Below, in pieces: positions 25,225-32,000 of a stretch of DNA of 32,000 nt. The stretch's first letter is position 1. Each line of letters opens with the position of its first letter. The DNA is from an uncultured Chloroflexia bacterium (GTDB taxonomy: Bacteria > Chloroflexota > Ktedonobacteria > Ktedonobacterales > JADMIN01). The notes under the pieces were generated by a model, which saw only the letters and a list, made by a program, of their open reading frames with translations, was not told where the DNA came from and did no database searches. The position numbers were made by a program, and so were the translations under genes. Where the stretch lies: the NCBI GenBank assembly GCA_963718915.1, contig CAVRAI010000007.1, positions 240,001 to 272,000 on the forward strand, given 5' to 3'.

Positions 25225-26715
25225 TCAACCGCCGTTTCCGCCGCGACCTGTGCCACCGCCCGTGCCACCTGCGCCACCGCCGAATCCGCCGCCACCAAAG
25301 CCGCCGCCGCCGAATCCGCCACCCAGGCCACTGCGGCCTGTGCCTGTTCCGGTAGAACTGGAGCTGGCGCTGAGATTGATGGAGCCGTTCTGCTCGCCGA
25401 CGACGACGGAATCGTTGGCGCTCAGGCCCGCGAGCACTTCATAGACCGTACCGCTGCTCAGACCGAGCACGACCGGCTTGACGACCCACTTGTTATTGCT
25501 ACGCTCGACCACCCAGGCGACCGTCGGATTATCCTGGCTGGCCTGGCTGTTCTGTTGTTCTGCTGTTGTCAGCATCTGCCGACCCTGCGTGCGAACGCTC
25601 TGCAGCTGCGCTGTCGTCAGGAATCCACCGGCGTTGGCGTTGGCCGCCGCCCGCGCGAAGGTGATGGCGCTGGCGGGGAGCAGCAGCACATTGATGCGCT
25701 GCGCGCGGGTGATGGTGACGTTGGCGGTCATTCCGGTGAACAGGTTCGCCCCTTGCAACGCGGTGGTATCGACCGAGATGGAGACCGGATACGTCACGAC
25801 GCCCGACGACGACGTTCCGACCTGCGAGACGGAGCTGACGGTTCCGCGGAAGATGCGGCTGGGATAGGCAGTAACGGTGAAGGTCGCCGTCTGACCGTTG
25901 GCTATGCCGCTGATATCGGCCTCATTGACACTGGTAGTGATATGGAGCGAGGAATTGTCCGCGATCTGGATAAAGCCGCTGCTCGAACTGGAAGATGTCG
26001 AGGAGCCGCTGGAGCCACTGCCGGGTGTCTCGCCGACCGCGCCGTTGATCGCCGTCACAACGCCCGCATGCGTCGCTTTGAGCGTGGCATTCGCGAGGTT
26101 GGCTTTGGCGGTGGCCAGTTGCTGGGAGGCAGAGGCATACTGATTCTCGGCCAGTTGCACGCAGTCCACTGGGGGATTACTGCTGGTGTCGCACTTATCC
26201 AGCGCCTGCTGTTCCTGGTCATAGGCGATATACGCCTGGAGCTGCGCCTGACTGACGGCGTTCCGCAGCGCCGTGGGATCCAGTTTGGCCAGGGTCTGTC
26301 CCGCCTTGACGGTCTGCCCGACCGCCACATCGATCTCGGAAATCGTGCCGCTGGTTGCGAACGAGAGATTGTAGAGATCGGCCGAGACTGGACCAGTGCC
26401 GCTCACCGTGAGCGCGAGATTGCCCTGTCGCACAGTACCGTACTGATAGGTCGTTGCTTTCTGCGCGCTGGCCAGCCGTGTGCCAACGATACTCGCCACC
26501 ACGGCGACAAGGATGACTCCTGAGATGACGGGTACCCAGCGATGCCGCCACCATGGAACGGGTAGCGGCGTCGTCTCGCCCTCATCATCCTCGAATTCGA
26601 GGAGATCGAGATCATCATGAAGCATCGGCTGCGGGGGTGATTCATTCGAGGAGTTATCAGTCAGTGCTTCCTCGCGATTGGACGATACGCCTTGCTTTTG
26701 CCATGGTTCAAGCAT
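25225..26715 (-). CDS. Efflux periplasmic adaptor (HlyD/MacA-like membrane fusion protein) with Gly-rich C-terminal tail
   Basis: 496 aa. It has an acidic cytoplasmic N-terminus, one TM (VPVISGVILVAVVASIVG), lipoyl/hairpin/beta-barrel-type regions (VKAGQTLAKLDP, coiled coil), and the tail GLGGGFGGGGFGGGGFGGGAGGTGGGTGRGGNGG. Confidence 0.85.
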   Translation of the reverse strand: MLEPWQKQGVSSNREEALTDNSSNESPPQPMLHDDLDLLEFEDDEGETTPLPVPWWRHRWVPVISGVILVAVVASIVGTRLASAQKATTYQYGTVRQGNLALTVSGTGPVSADLYNLSFATSGTISEIDVAVGQTVKAGQTLAKLDPTALRNAVSQAQLQAYIAYDQEQQALDKCDTSSNPPVDCVQLAENQYASASQQLATAKANLANATLKATHAGVVTAINGAVGETPGSGSSGSSTSSSSSSGFIQIADNSSLHITTSVNEADISGIANGQTATFTVTAYPSRIFRGTVSSVSQVGTSSSGVVTYPVSISVDTTALQGANLFTGMTANVTITRAQRINVLLLPASAITFARAAANANAGGFLTTAQLQSVRTQGRQMLTTAEQQNSQASQDNPTVAWVVERSNNKWVVKPVVLGLSSGTVYEVLAGLSANDSVVVGEQNGSINLSASSSSTGTGTGRSGLGGGFGGGGFGGGGFGGGAGGTGGGTGRGGNGG

Positions 26716-26836
26716 AGAAAACGCGCCTCCACTTTCCCATCACTGTGTTGTCACTTTCCCATTGCAATCTCGCTCTACATGCGCTTCCTGCGTACGCCAT
26801 TGTGCTGTCCCCTTCCATCTATAATGCCTATGGACG

Positions 26837-26874
26837 ATGTGATGGTCATAGGAAGAAGATGTGAGATTATTCAT
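26837..26874 (-). promoter_or_regulatory. Conserved 38-nt box, copy 1 (~125-160 nt upstream of the adaptor gene start)
   Basis: atgtgatggtcataggaagaagatgtgagattattcat matches 27793-27830 at 32 of 38 positions. Confidence 0.5.
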
Positions 26875-26901
26875 GAGTTACGAACCCACTGCCTATCCCG
26901 G

Positions 26902-27665
26902 CTAGCCCTGGATGGCGATTGTACGCGCCGCGATGCCAGTGGAGCTTGCCGATCCCACCACGGCCACATTCATACCCACTTTGAGATCGCTGGCCTTGGC
27001 CTGTGCGGTCTGCTGAATCACGGTTGCCGAGGTGATGGCGACGGAATACTCTTGCCCCTGGGCGTCGTGAAAGGTGAGGTGGCCGCTGTTGATCGTATCA
27101 ATCGTCCCCTGAATGCCCTGAAACGCGCCTCCGTCCCGTTGCCAGCCGTTGCCAGCCGTTGCACGTTGCCAGCGCCTGGCGTGCCCTGGCCGGGACGCTG
27201 GCCGGTGCGCTGGAAGCAGCGCGCGTTCGCGCGCGCGGAGGCGGAAGGTGTGCCCGTTGGTCGCCCTGAACCAAACCCGAAGCCGCCGGAGCCATTCGCT
27301 CCCGCGCCCAGCACGTTGATCCGCTGCGCGACGGTCGCATTGGTATCGGTGAGGACGAGCACGGATGTCCCCGTAGCCAGCGATGTCGCGGCGGGATGCG
27401 CGATCTGTGTGATTCTGGTCGTCGAGGATACCTGTACCTGCGTCACCTTGCCTTGACTGTCCGTCACAGCGATGGTTCCGCTGCTGATGGAGGTGACTTT
27501 CCCTGTTACCATTTTGAAGCTCGCCTGTGGCGGACAGGTTGGGGTGGCGCTGGCGTTGGCGGATGTGCTCGCGCTGGCGGTTCCACATCCGGCGAGTAGG
27601 ACGCTGGCGATCATGACACAGAATGCCGCGGCGACGACTGAAATACGTAGGCTGGGCGCTCGCAT
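26902..27665 (-). pseudogene. Lipoprotein with two repeated beta-rich modules (DUF5666-like, tentative) and Gly-rich linker; frame-disrupted at a 10-bp tandem repeat
   Basis: The N-terminal part is in the frame of ORF 27018..27755 (MRAPSLRISVVAAAFCVMIASVLLAGC...FKMVTGKVTSISSGTIAVTDSQGKVTQVQVSSTTRITQ...GSGGFGFGSG...). The C-terminal part is in the frame of ORF 26902..27669 (FQGIQGTIDTINSGHLTFHDAQGQEYSVAITSATVIQQ...). The two modules align with each other, so both frames belong to one protein. GAGGAG RBS. Confidence 0.7.
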
Positions 27666-27792
27666 GCACAACTCCTCTGGCCCATTGGCTGATTGATGAA
27701 TCCTGGCGGATCGAATCGGTTCATTTCGCAAGACACGATCACACATGGTACGCAATTGTGTGTACTCTTCTCATGAAGAATGCCGAGCAAAA

Positions 27793-27830
27793 ATGTGAGA
27801 ACCATAGGAAGTAGATGAGAGATTATTCAT
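27793..27830 (-). promoter_or_regulatory. Conserved 38-nt box, copy 2 (~130-165 nt upstream of the lipoprotein gene start; also in the NADAR divergent region)
   Basis: atgtgagaaccataggaagtagatgagagattattcat matches 26837-26874 at 32 of 38 positions. Confidence 0.5.
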
Positions 27831-27905
27831 CTTTGGGCGGGCCGAGGAGGAATGGCTGTTTTAGAATGCAGGCATTGATCTGGTGAACGGATGGAGTGGT
27901 ACTGC

Positions 27906-28361
27906 ATGACGATTTACTTTTACAGTCCGCGCGAGCAGCCTTATGGCTGTTTCTCCAACTTCTCGCGCCACGGCATCTCGATGGATGATGTCTGGTGGCC
28001 GACGGTGGAACACTACTTTCAGGCGCGGAAATTCGCGGGCGCCGCGAATGCCGACTATGTCGAGCGGATTCACCGCGCGGCCACACCCAAACAGGCGGCG
28101 GAGCTTGGCCGCTCGCGCAGCGTCCCCCTGCGCGCCGATTGGGAACAGGTGAAGGACGCTATCATGCTGGCGGCGGTGCAGCGCAAATTCGAGACGCATG
28201 AGGCGATACGGGCAGTGCTGCTGGCGACAGGTGACGAGGAGATCGTCGAAAACGCGCCAAGAGACTACTACTGGGGTGGCGGCGCGGACGGCAGTGGCCT
28301 GAACAGGCTCGGCCAGACGCTGACGGAGGTGCGAGCATGGCTGCGCCAGGCGGGCTACTGA
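27906..28361 (+). CDS. NADAR (DUF1768, YbiA-like) family protein
   Basis: Starts MTIYFYSPREQPYGCFSNFSRHGI; then WPTVEHYFQARKF..., PKQAAELGR and APRDYYWGGGADGSGLNRLGQTL. This is the typical NADAR/YbiA pattern and length (151 aa). Confidence 0.85.
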   Translation: MTIYFYSPREQPYGCFSNFSRHGISMDDVWWPTVEHYFQARKFAGAANADYVERIHRAATPKQAAELGRSRSVPLRADWEQVKDAIMLAAVQRKFETHEAIRAVLLATGDEEIVENAPRDYYWGGGADGSGLNRLGQTLTEVRAWLRQAGY

Positions 28362-28376
28362 TAGACAGTGGAGGCG

Positions 28377-29721
28377 CTATGGCAGACTTGCCGGGTGGTG
28401 CGCTCCGGTGACCGTGCCGACGGCGGACGGCGCCGCTACCTGCCATTGCTGAAGCTCCGGGAAGTCTACGCCGGGTGTCTCGCTCCACAGCGCCGAGGTG
28501 TCGAAGCCCGTGCTGTCCGCGTACCACGCGGGCAGGCCTCCAGCTGAGGGATCGTGCTTCGTCGCGGCGCCTCCACTCAGGAAGCCGGTGTAGACGAGAG
28601 GGTCAGGCGTGGACGGCACGCCAATGAGCAGGCTGTTGCTCGCTACCGCGGCTACCTGCTTCTGGTCTGGCGCGATGGCGAGATAGGCGTTGGCGTTGGA
28701 GACGGCCCCGGCGAGGATCGGAGTGGCCGTGCCTGGACTGCTGATGGCGACTACCTGAAACGCGGATGTCGTTTTGACAGCAGGGTATCCGGGAGGGTTG
28801 TTCAGCGGACCGCCAGCGACAATGGTTCGCTGATATGCCAGTGTCTTTCCATCCGCGGTGATATCCCAGCCCATCGCGTCTACTTCACCGTGATAGAAGT
28901 CTGGACAGCTCGCGGTCTCGCCGAGGTCATAGGGCTGGCCAACGCGGAGCCTGGGCGGCCAGACTATAGCGCTTCAGCGCCGCGCCGCCGAGAAACCAGT
29001 AAAAGGTCGTATTTCCCGGGCCAGACGTACAGGGCTGGAACTGCTTCATCTGTGAGAGCTCAAGATAGAACAGTGTGTCGCAGCGCACGGCGCCTTGAAT
29101 GGCGGTGGTCACACCAGGCAAGGGGGCGAGTGTCTGCGTGGTGAGGGTATAGCGATAGGTCGTCGTATTGGAGGCGCTCGTCCCTCCAATCTCCAATGGG
29201 GCAGGCATCACAGAGAAGATCAAGAGATTGTTGTTGTCGGCCCAGGTTATGCTGCGCTCACGGGCCCACTCCATCTCGATGGGCGACGCCATCTGCATGT
29301 TCGCCGGGAGCTGCACTTGAGTGGCCACATGGGTGCTAGTGTCCACGACAAAGGGATATGACATGACCCCGGCCGGGTTCGTGACCTCTACCAGGGTAGC
29401 GAGGTGTTTTCCGTCTGGCGCCCAGGTGGTGAATCCTGGCCTGGTGGGAGCCATGACATCCTCAAATGGCAGGCCGAGGGGATAGCTGAAATTGCTAATC
29501 TGGCTGACGGAACCACCGTTGATTGTGCCGACAATCTGCCGGTTGGAGTCCACCCAGGAGTGAGCTTTTGCGGTGGGAGTTGTCCCACAGACCTGGTTGA
29601 GCACGGATGGAGGCGTGCCCGCTGGCGTAATACCGCTGGGGGCCACACAGCCGGATAGGATGGTTGCGCTGAGTATGGCGCATCCCAGGACGAAACATAG
29701 GCGCGTGAAGAACCTTCGCAT
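28377..29721 (-). pseudogene. Lipoprotein with TolB-like beta-propeller repeats, frame-disrupted between 28930 and 28972
   Basis: ORF 28927..29721 has a lipobox (CAILSATILSGC) and WAPDGKHLA-type repeats. ORF 28377..28874 has WDITADGKTLAYQ and is open upstream to 28973, reading ..VGQPYDLGETASCPDFYHGEVDAMGWDITADGK. The two therefore join into one protein of about 445 aa with a single frame change. Confidence 0.65.
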
Positions 29722-29805
29722 GCTATGAGCACCCTTTCAAAAGGGAGTCTGGGAGCCACCTGAGGCGATGTGAAGCAAGTGTACGCTTGACGCGCCTGCC
29801 GCTGC

Positions 29806-29821
29806 TGTGAGCAAGCTCACA
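29806..29821. promoter_or_regulatory. Perfect 16-bp palindrome TGTGAGC-AA-GCTCACA (LacI/GalR-operator-like) upstream of the beta-propeller lipoprotein gene
   Basis: tgtgagcaagctcaca was read directly. It lies 85-100 nt upstream of the ATG at 29721. Confidence 0.3.
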
Positions 29822-30005
29822 CTCGTACAGCAAATATGCTGAGGTGTTCACGATGGCCTGGCTGGCGCTTGGTGCTGGCGCGAGCGGCTGCACCATGTAG
29901 GCTATTGATGGGAGATACGCTCTCTTCACGGCATAGCATCTATGGCCTTCGGGAATAGACATTCGTAGTGGTGAAAGTTTGGTGGTGAAAGTTTGGCCAA
30001 TAGTG

Positions 30006-30410
30006 ATGTTGCTCTCAGCGCCCGGAGTCGCGCTTGCGGCGATCTTGCTCACGGCGCCCGGCGTGCTCTGGGCGATCTACTGCTATCCCTCCGGCTCTTA
30101 TGCCACGCGGGTCGCCGTCGGCCTGGCACTGGGGCTGGCGTTCCAGTGGCAGTGTTGCGCGCTCCTCGCCGCTGGCCTGGGCATCACGCGGCTTACCGTC
30201 GCCCTCGCGACGAGCGGCGGACTGCTTATCGCGGGTACGCTGGCGTGGCGCAGGCGTCATACTTTCCGAATCAGGTGGATGTCGTGGCAGCTGCGGTGCG
30301 CCTGGCTGCTGCTGGACTCGCTCGCCTGGTCATCCAGTAGAATACATCGAATAGCTGAGCAACGTTTGTGGTTGGTAAAAACGTCTTTGCCCGTGTCCGA
30401 AAGCCTTTGA
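30006..30410 (+). CDS. Hypothetical 3-TM membrane protein, possibly a truncated remnant
   Basis: ORF 29979..30410 (TTG); the internal ATG at 30006 gives MLLSAPGVALAAILLTAPGVLWAIYCY... Three hydrophobic helices are followed by an Arg/Trp-rich tail running into low-GC DNA. Support is weak. Confidence 0.4.
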   Translation: MLLSAPGVALAAILLTAPGVLWAIYCYPSGSYATRVAVGLALGLAFQWQCCALLAAGLGITRLTVALATSGGLLIAGTLAWRRRHTFRIRWMSWQLRCAWLLLDSLAWSSSRIHRIAEQRLWLVKTSLPVSESL

Positions 30411-30487
30411 CTCCCAACGATTCTTCTCCCTGCCTAGCGAACCGTGTGCTCGCCTACTGTCATTGAGTGACTGTGCGCAACCCAGTA

Positions 30488-30516
30488 TTGACTTGTCACT
30501 TGCTATCTTCTATACT
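30488..30516 (+). promoter_or_regulatory. Near-consensus sigma-70 promoter TTGACT-17 nt-TATACT
   Basis: Hexamers at 30488-30493 and 30511-30516 with a 17-nt spacer, about 145 nt upstream of the DUF2690 gene start. Confidence 0.55.
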
Positions 30517-30661
30517 CGCTACATCCATAGTTGGCAAGCTGAAAGGAGTGTAAAAGAAAGGCTAAAAGAGACATTTCAACCCTACAATGGCCCCCGCCAG
30601 ATCAGGATATTTCTGGCATCCGCTAGGAAGATCTCCTAGAGGAGATGTAGAGGAGAACAAG

Positions 30662-31177
30662 GTGTTGAAGCGGAAATCGCAGGTCTTGGCTATCCTTGCG
30701 CTCGTAGTCTTTGTGGCACTGTCGAGTGAAGGTATGGCATTTGCACCTCAACACATGCATGCTGGACAAACAGCCCTGACCTCCACCTGCTATCAGTACA
30801 GCTGTGATGGCAGAGCTGTTGACGGCACGACATGCCAACAGGATCAAATTAAGGAGGTAAACATTCCCGTTTACTCCAAATATCAGCCGGGACGGTATAT
30901 GTTTGATTTCTGGATCTTTTACTCTCCAGGGTGCAAATCAGCATGGACTGCGATTGCCAACCGCTCAGGAGTAACTCTAAACAATGTGAATGTGTTAACA
31001 TGTAGAGGAATGGGCTGTACAGGCGGAGGTCCAACCTCGTTAGCCAATGGCGCACATATCTCAACTCCGATGCTTGGAGGGAAGCCTGGAGATTTTGTCA
31101 GCGGTTCTGCATGGGTTAACGATATTGGCAATCATGGCGTGCTCTATGCTCCGAGCGGCTATGGGTTCCATTTCTAG
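30662..31177 (+). CDS. Secreted DUF2690-like protein
   Basis: GAGGAG RBS, then a GTG at 30662 (VLKRKSQVLAILALVVFVALSSEGMAFA signal peptide). Mature domain with Cys pairs and the YSPGCKSAWTAI motif, resembling DUF2690 (RYS..C...WA). Low-GC gene. Confidence 0.7.
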   Translation: MLKRKSQVLAILALVVFVALSSEGMAFAPQHMHAGQTALTSTCYQYSCDGRAVDGTTCQQDQIKEVNIPVYSKYQPGRYMFDFWIFYSPGCKSAWTAIANRSGVTLNNVNVLTCRGMGCTGGGPTSLANGAHISTPMLGGKPGDFVSGSAWVNDIGNHGVLYAPSGYGFHF

Positions 31178-31195
31178 TGGACTTGCGATAGCTAT

Positions 31196-31232
31196 TGTCA
31201 GCGCTACCGTTACTATTACGGTAACGCTGACA
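31196..31232 (+). terminator. 15-bp stem hairpin downstream of the DUF2690 gene (possible terminator, weak U-tract)
   Basis: The arms tgtcagcgctaccgt (31196-31210) and acggtaacgctgaca (31218-31232) have 1 mismatch and a 7-nt loop. The stem is followed by catctcccctttac. Confidence 0.45.
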
Positions 31233-31404
31233 CATCTCCCCTTTACTTGATGGATGGGAAAATTTGTCCATCGCTCGGAATGCAATTGATCGGTACATCA
31301 AATACCTGGCCGAATCTAGGCTGCATGAAATCTCGCTACATATTCAAGCGCGCTGATCAGTCTGTCGGACAAATCGCTGGGCGCCCTACTTTACCCGACG
31401 CGAG

Positions 31405-32000
31405 GTGACCCAGACACCGATACCTACCAGCGAGTTCACGACAGGCTATGTGGCCGAAAAGCGCTATCTCGCGGGCGCGTTGCTTTCGCTACTTCACGGT
31501 GACAGGCTGATCGCGTTTGCCGCCGATGGCACAGCGCTGCCGACGTTGGCTCCGCGTCCGGTCGCGCTGCTCACCGATACCCGCCTCCCGCCCGCCTGGG
31601 ACAGGGCGCTGCGATTCCATGCTGGGCCAGAGATGGTCTATATGCTGGGGAACATCTTCGGCCAGGCGCTTGAGCAGGCGCCTGCTGCGCGCTGGTGGAA
31701 TGGGCAACAGCCACCGCCCGCTGGCTGGCAAACGTCGGAGGATTCCGTGGGTTGGGCGACACAGCCGCCAGCACTGCCTCCCGCTACTGGTGATGTCTAT
31801 CTACGACTGACCGTTCCAGGTGGAACGCCGTCGCCGCTACGGGTGAGCTGTGAAGCGCCGTCGGGCGGACGCCTCTTCATTGATGGCAAAGCGGTACCCG
31901 AGATCTGCGTTGGCTCGTGGCAGACATTCCCGGAGCTTGCGGCGCCAGGAACCCATCAGTTGGCGTTCCTGGCGTCTCCGGGGCGTGACCTCGGCCCCTG
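31405..32000 (+). CDS. Hypothetical protein, 5' part (continues past window end)
   Basis: Absent from the ORF track because it is open-ended. The frame is open from 31357 to 32000. A GTG at 31405 gives VTQTPIPTSEFTTGYVAEKRYLAGALLSLLHGDRLIAFAADGTALPT...RLFIDGKAVPEICVGSWQTFPELAAPGTHQLAFLASPGRDLGP. Its composition is protein-like, unlike the Arg-rich overlapping track ORFs. Start uncertain. Confidence 0.45.
   Translation, partial: MTQTPIPTSEFTTGYVAEKRYLAGALLSLLHGDRLIAFAADGTALPTLAPRPVALLTDTRLPPAWDRALRFHAGPEMVYMLGNIFGQALEQAPAARWWNGQQPPPAGWQTSEDSVGWATQPPALPPATGDVYLRLTVPGGTPSPLRVSCEAPSGGRLFIDGKAVPEICVGSWQTFPELAAPGTHQLAFLASPGRDLGP

Noticed and set aside
25228-25335. Short-period repeats that could suggest a CRISPR or satellite array. 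The same applies to 10300-10800, 9991-10038 and 27135-27160.
   Set aside because: All are in-frame low-complexity coding repeats (Gly-rich, RGG-rich, PQRE) or a 2-unit 10-bp repeat. None has a repeat-spacer organisation.
26740-26874. A 44-codon upstream ORF (MNNLTSSSYDHHIV...) and its 19-codon counterpart at 27771-27830, considered as annotated small genes.
   Set aside because: Neither has an RBS, and the differences between the copies show no synonymous bias. I kept them only as an alternative interpretation of the conserved 38-nt box, not as features.
1-32000. A search for integrase, transposase, recombinase or toxin-antitoxin genes that could explain the insertions.
   Set aside because: No translation in any frame showed the R..H..R..Y, DDE or serine-recombinase hallmarks that I could recognise. 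Absence by eye is not proof; an HMM search is needed.

Overview
High-GC bacterial chromosomal segment (roughly mid-60s % GC by eye) with about 30 protein genes. I saw no rRNA, tRNA, CRISPR array, transposase or integrase. All calls come from reading translations and motifs by eye; no database search was run. The protein families (DUF512, DUF2690, many LAGC/LSAC lipoproteins, an ECF sigma with a fused C-terminal domain) suggest Chloroflexota (Ktedonobacteria-like) or Actinomycetota, but that is inference only.

Content in order:
- partial ATP-grasp gene
- lipoprotein and a PDZ/DUF512 radical-SAM-like gene, translationally coupled
- ECF sigma factor with a Cys-rich C-terminal extension, then an MFS transporter
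- small basic protein behind a 480-nt leader
- frameshifted GNAT
- bacterial-type PARG macrodomain protein (GGG-X7-QEE signature)
- lipoprotein, a hypothetical protein, and an Arg/Gly/Asp-rich disordered membrane protein
- yqeY
- SET-domain protein and a PhzF-family gene
- ArsR-type regulator divergent from a DUF3887/alpha-beta hydrolase
- murE, then an mraY-like gene with a ~270-aa extension
- ychF
- frameshifted SAM methyltransferase
- SRPBCC protein
- four-gene lipoprotein/adaptor/ABC-ATPase/FtsX-permease efflux operon
- NADAR protein
- frameshifted beta-propeller lipoprotein
- low-GC islet with a DUF2690 secreted protein
- partial ORF running off the window end

Most interesting observations:
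1. Two separate housekeeping genes (yqeY and ychF) each have their 3' end duplicated as a direct repeat around a promoter-bearing, single-gene insertion of about 0.75-1 kb. No recombinase is present in the window. This looks like a recurrent 3'-end-targeting integration mechanism.
2. Five genes are frame-disrupted. One break sits exactly at a 10-bp tandem repeat and one at a CG-dinucleotide run.
3. A REP/BIME-like family of composite hairpin repeats lies at gene 3' ends.
4. A conserved 38-nt box precedes two consecutive genes of the efflux operon.
5. A triple TCTC-N6-GAGA operator array lies in the ArsR/hydrolase divergent promoter.
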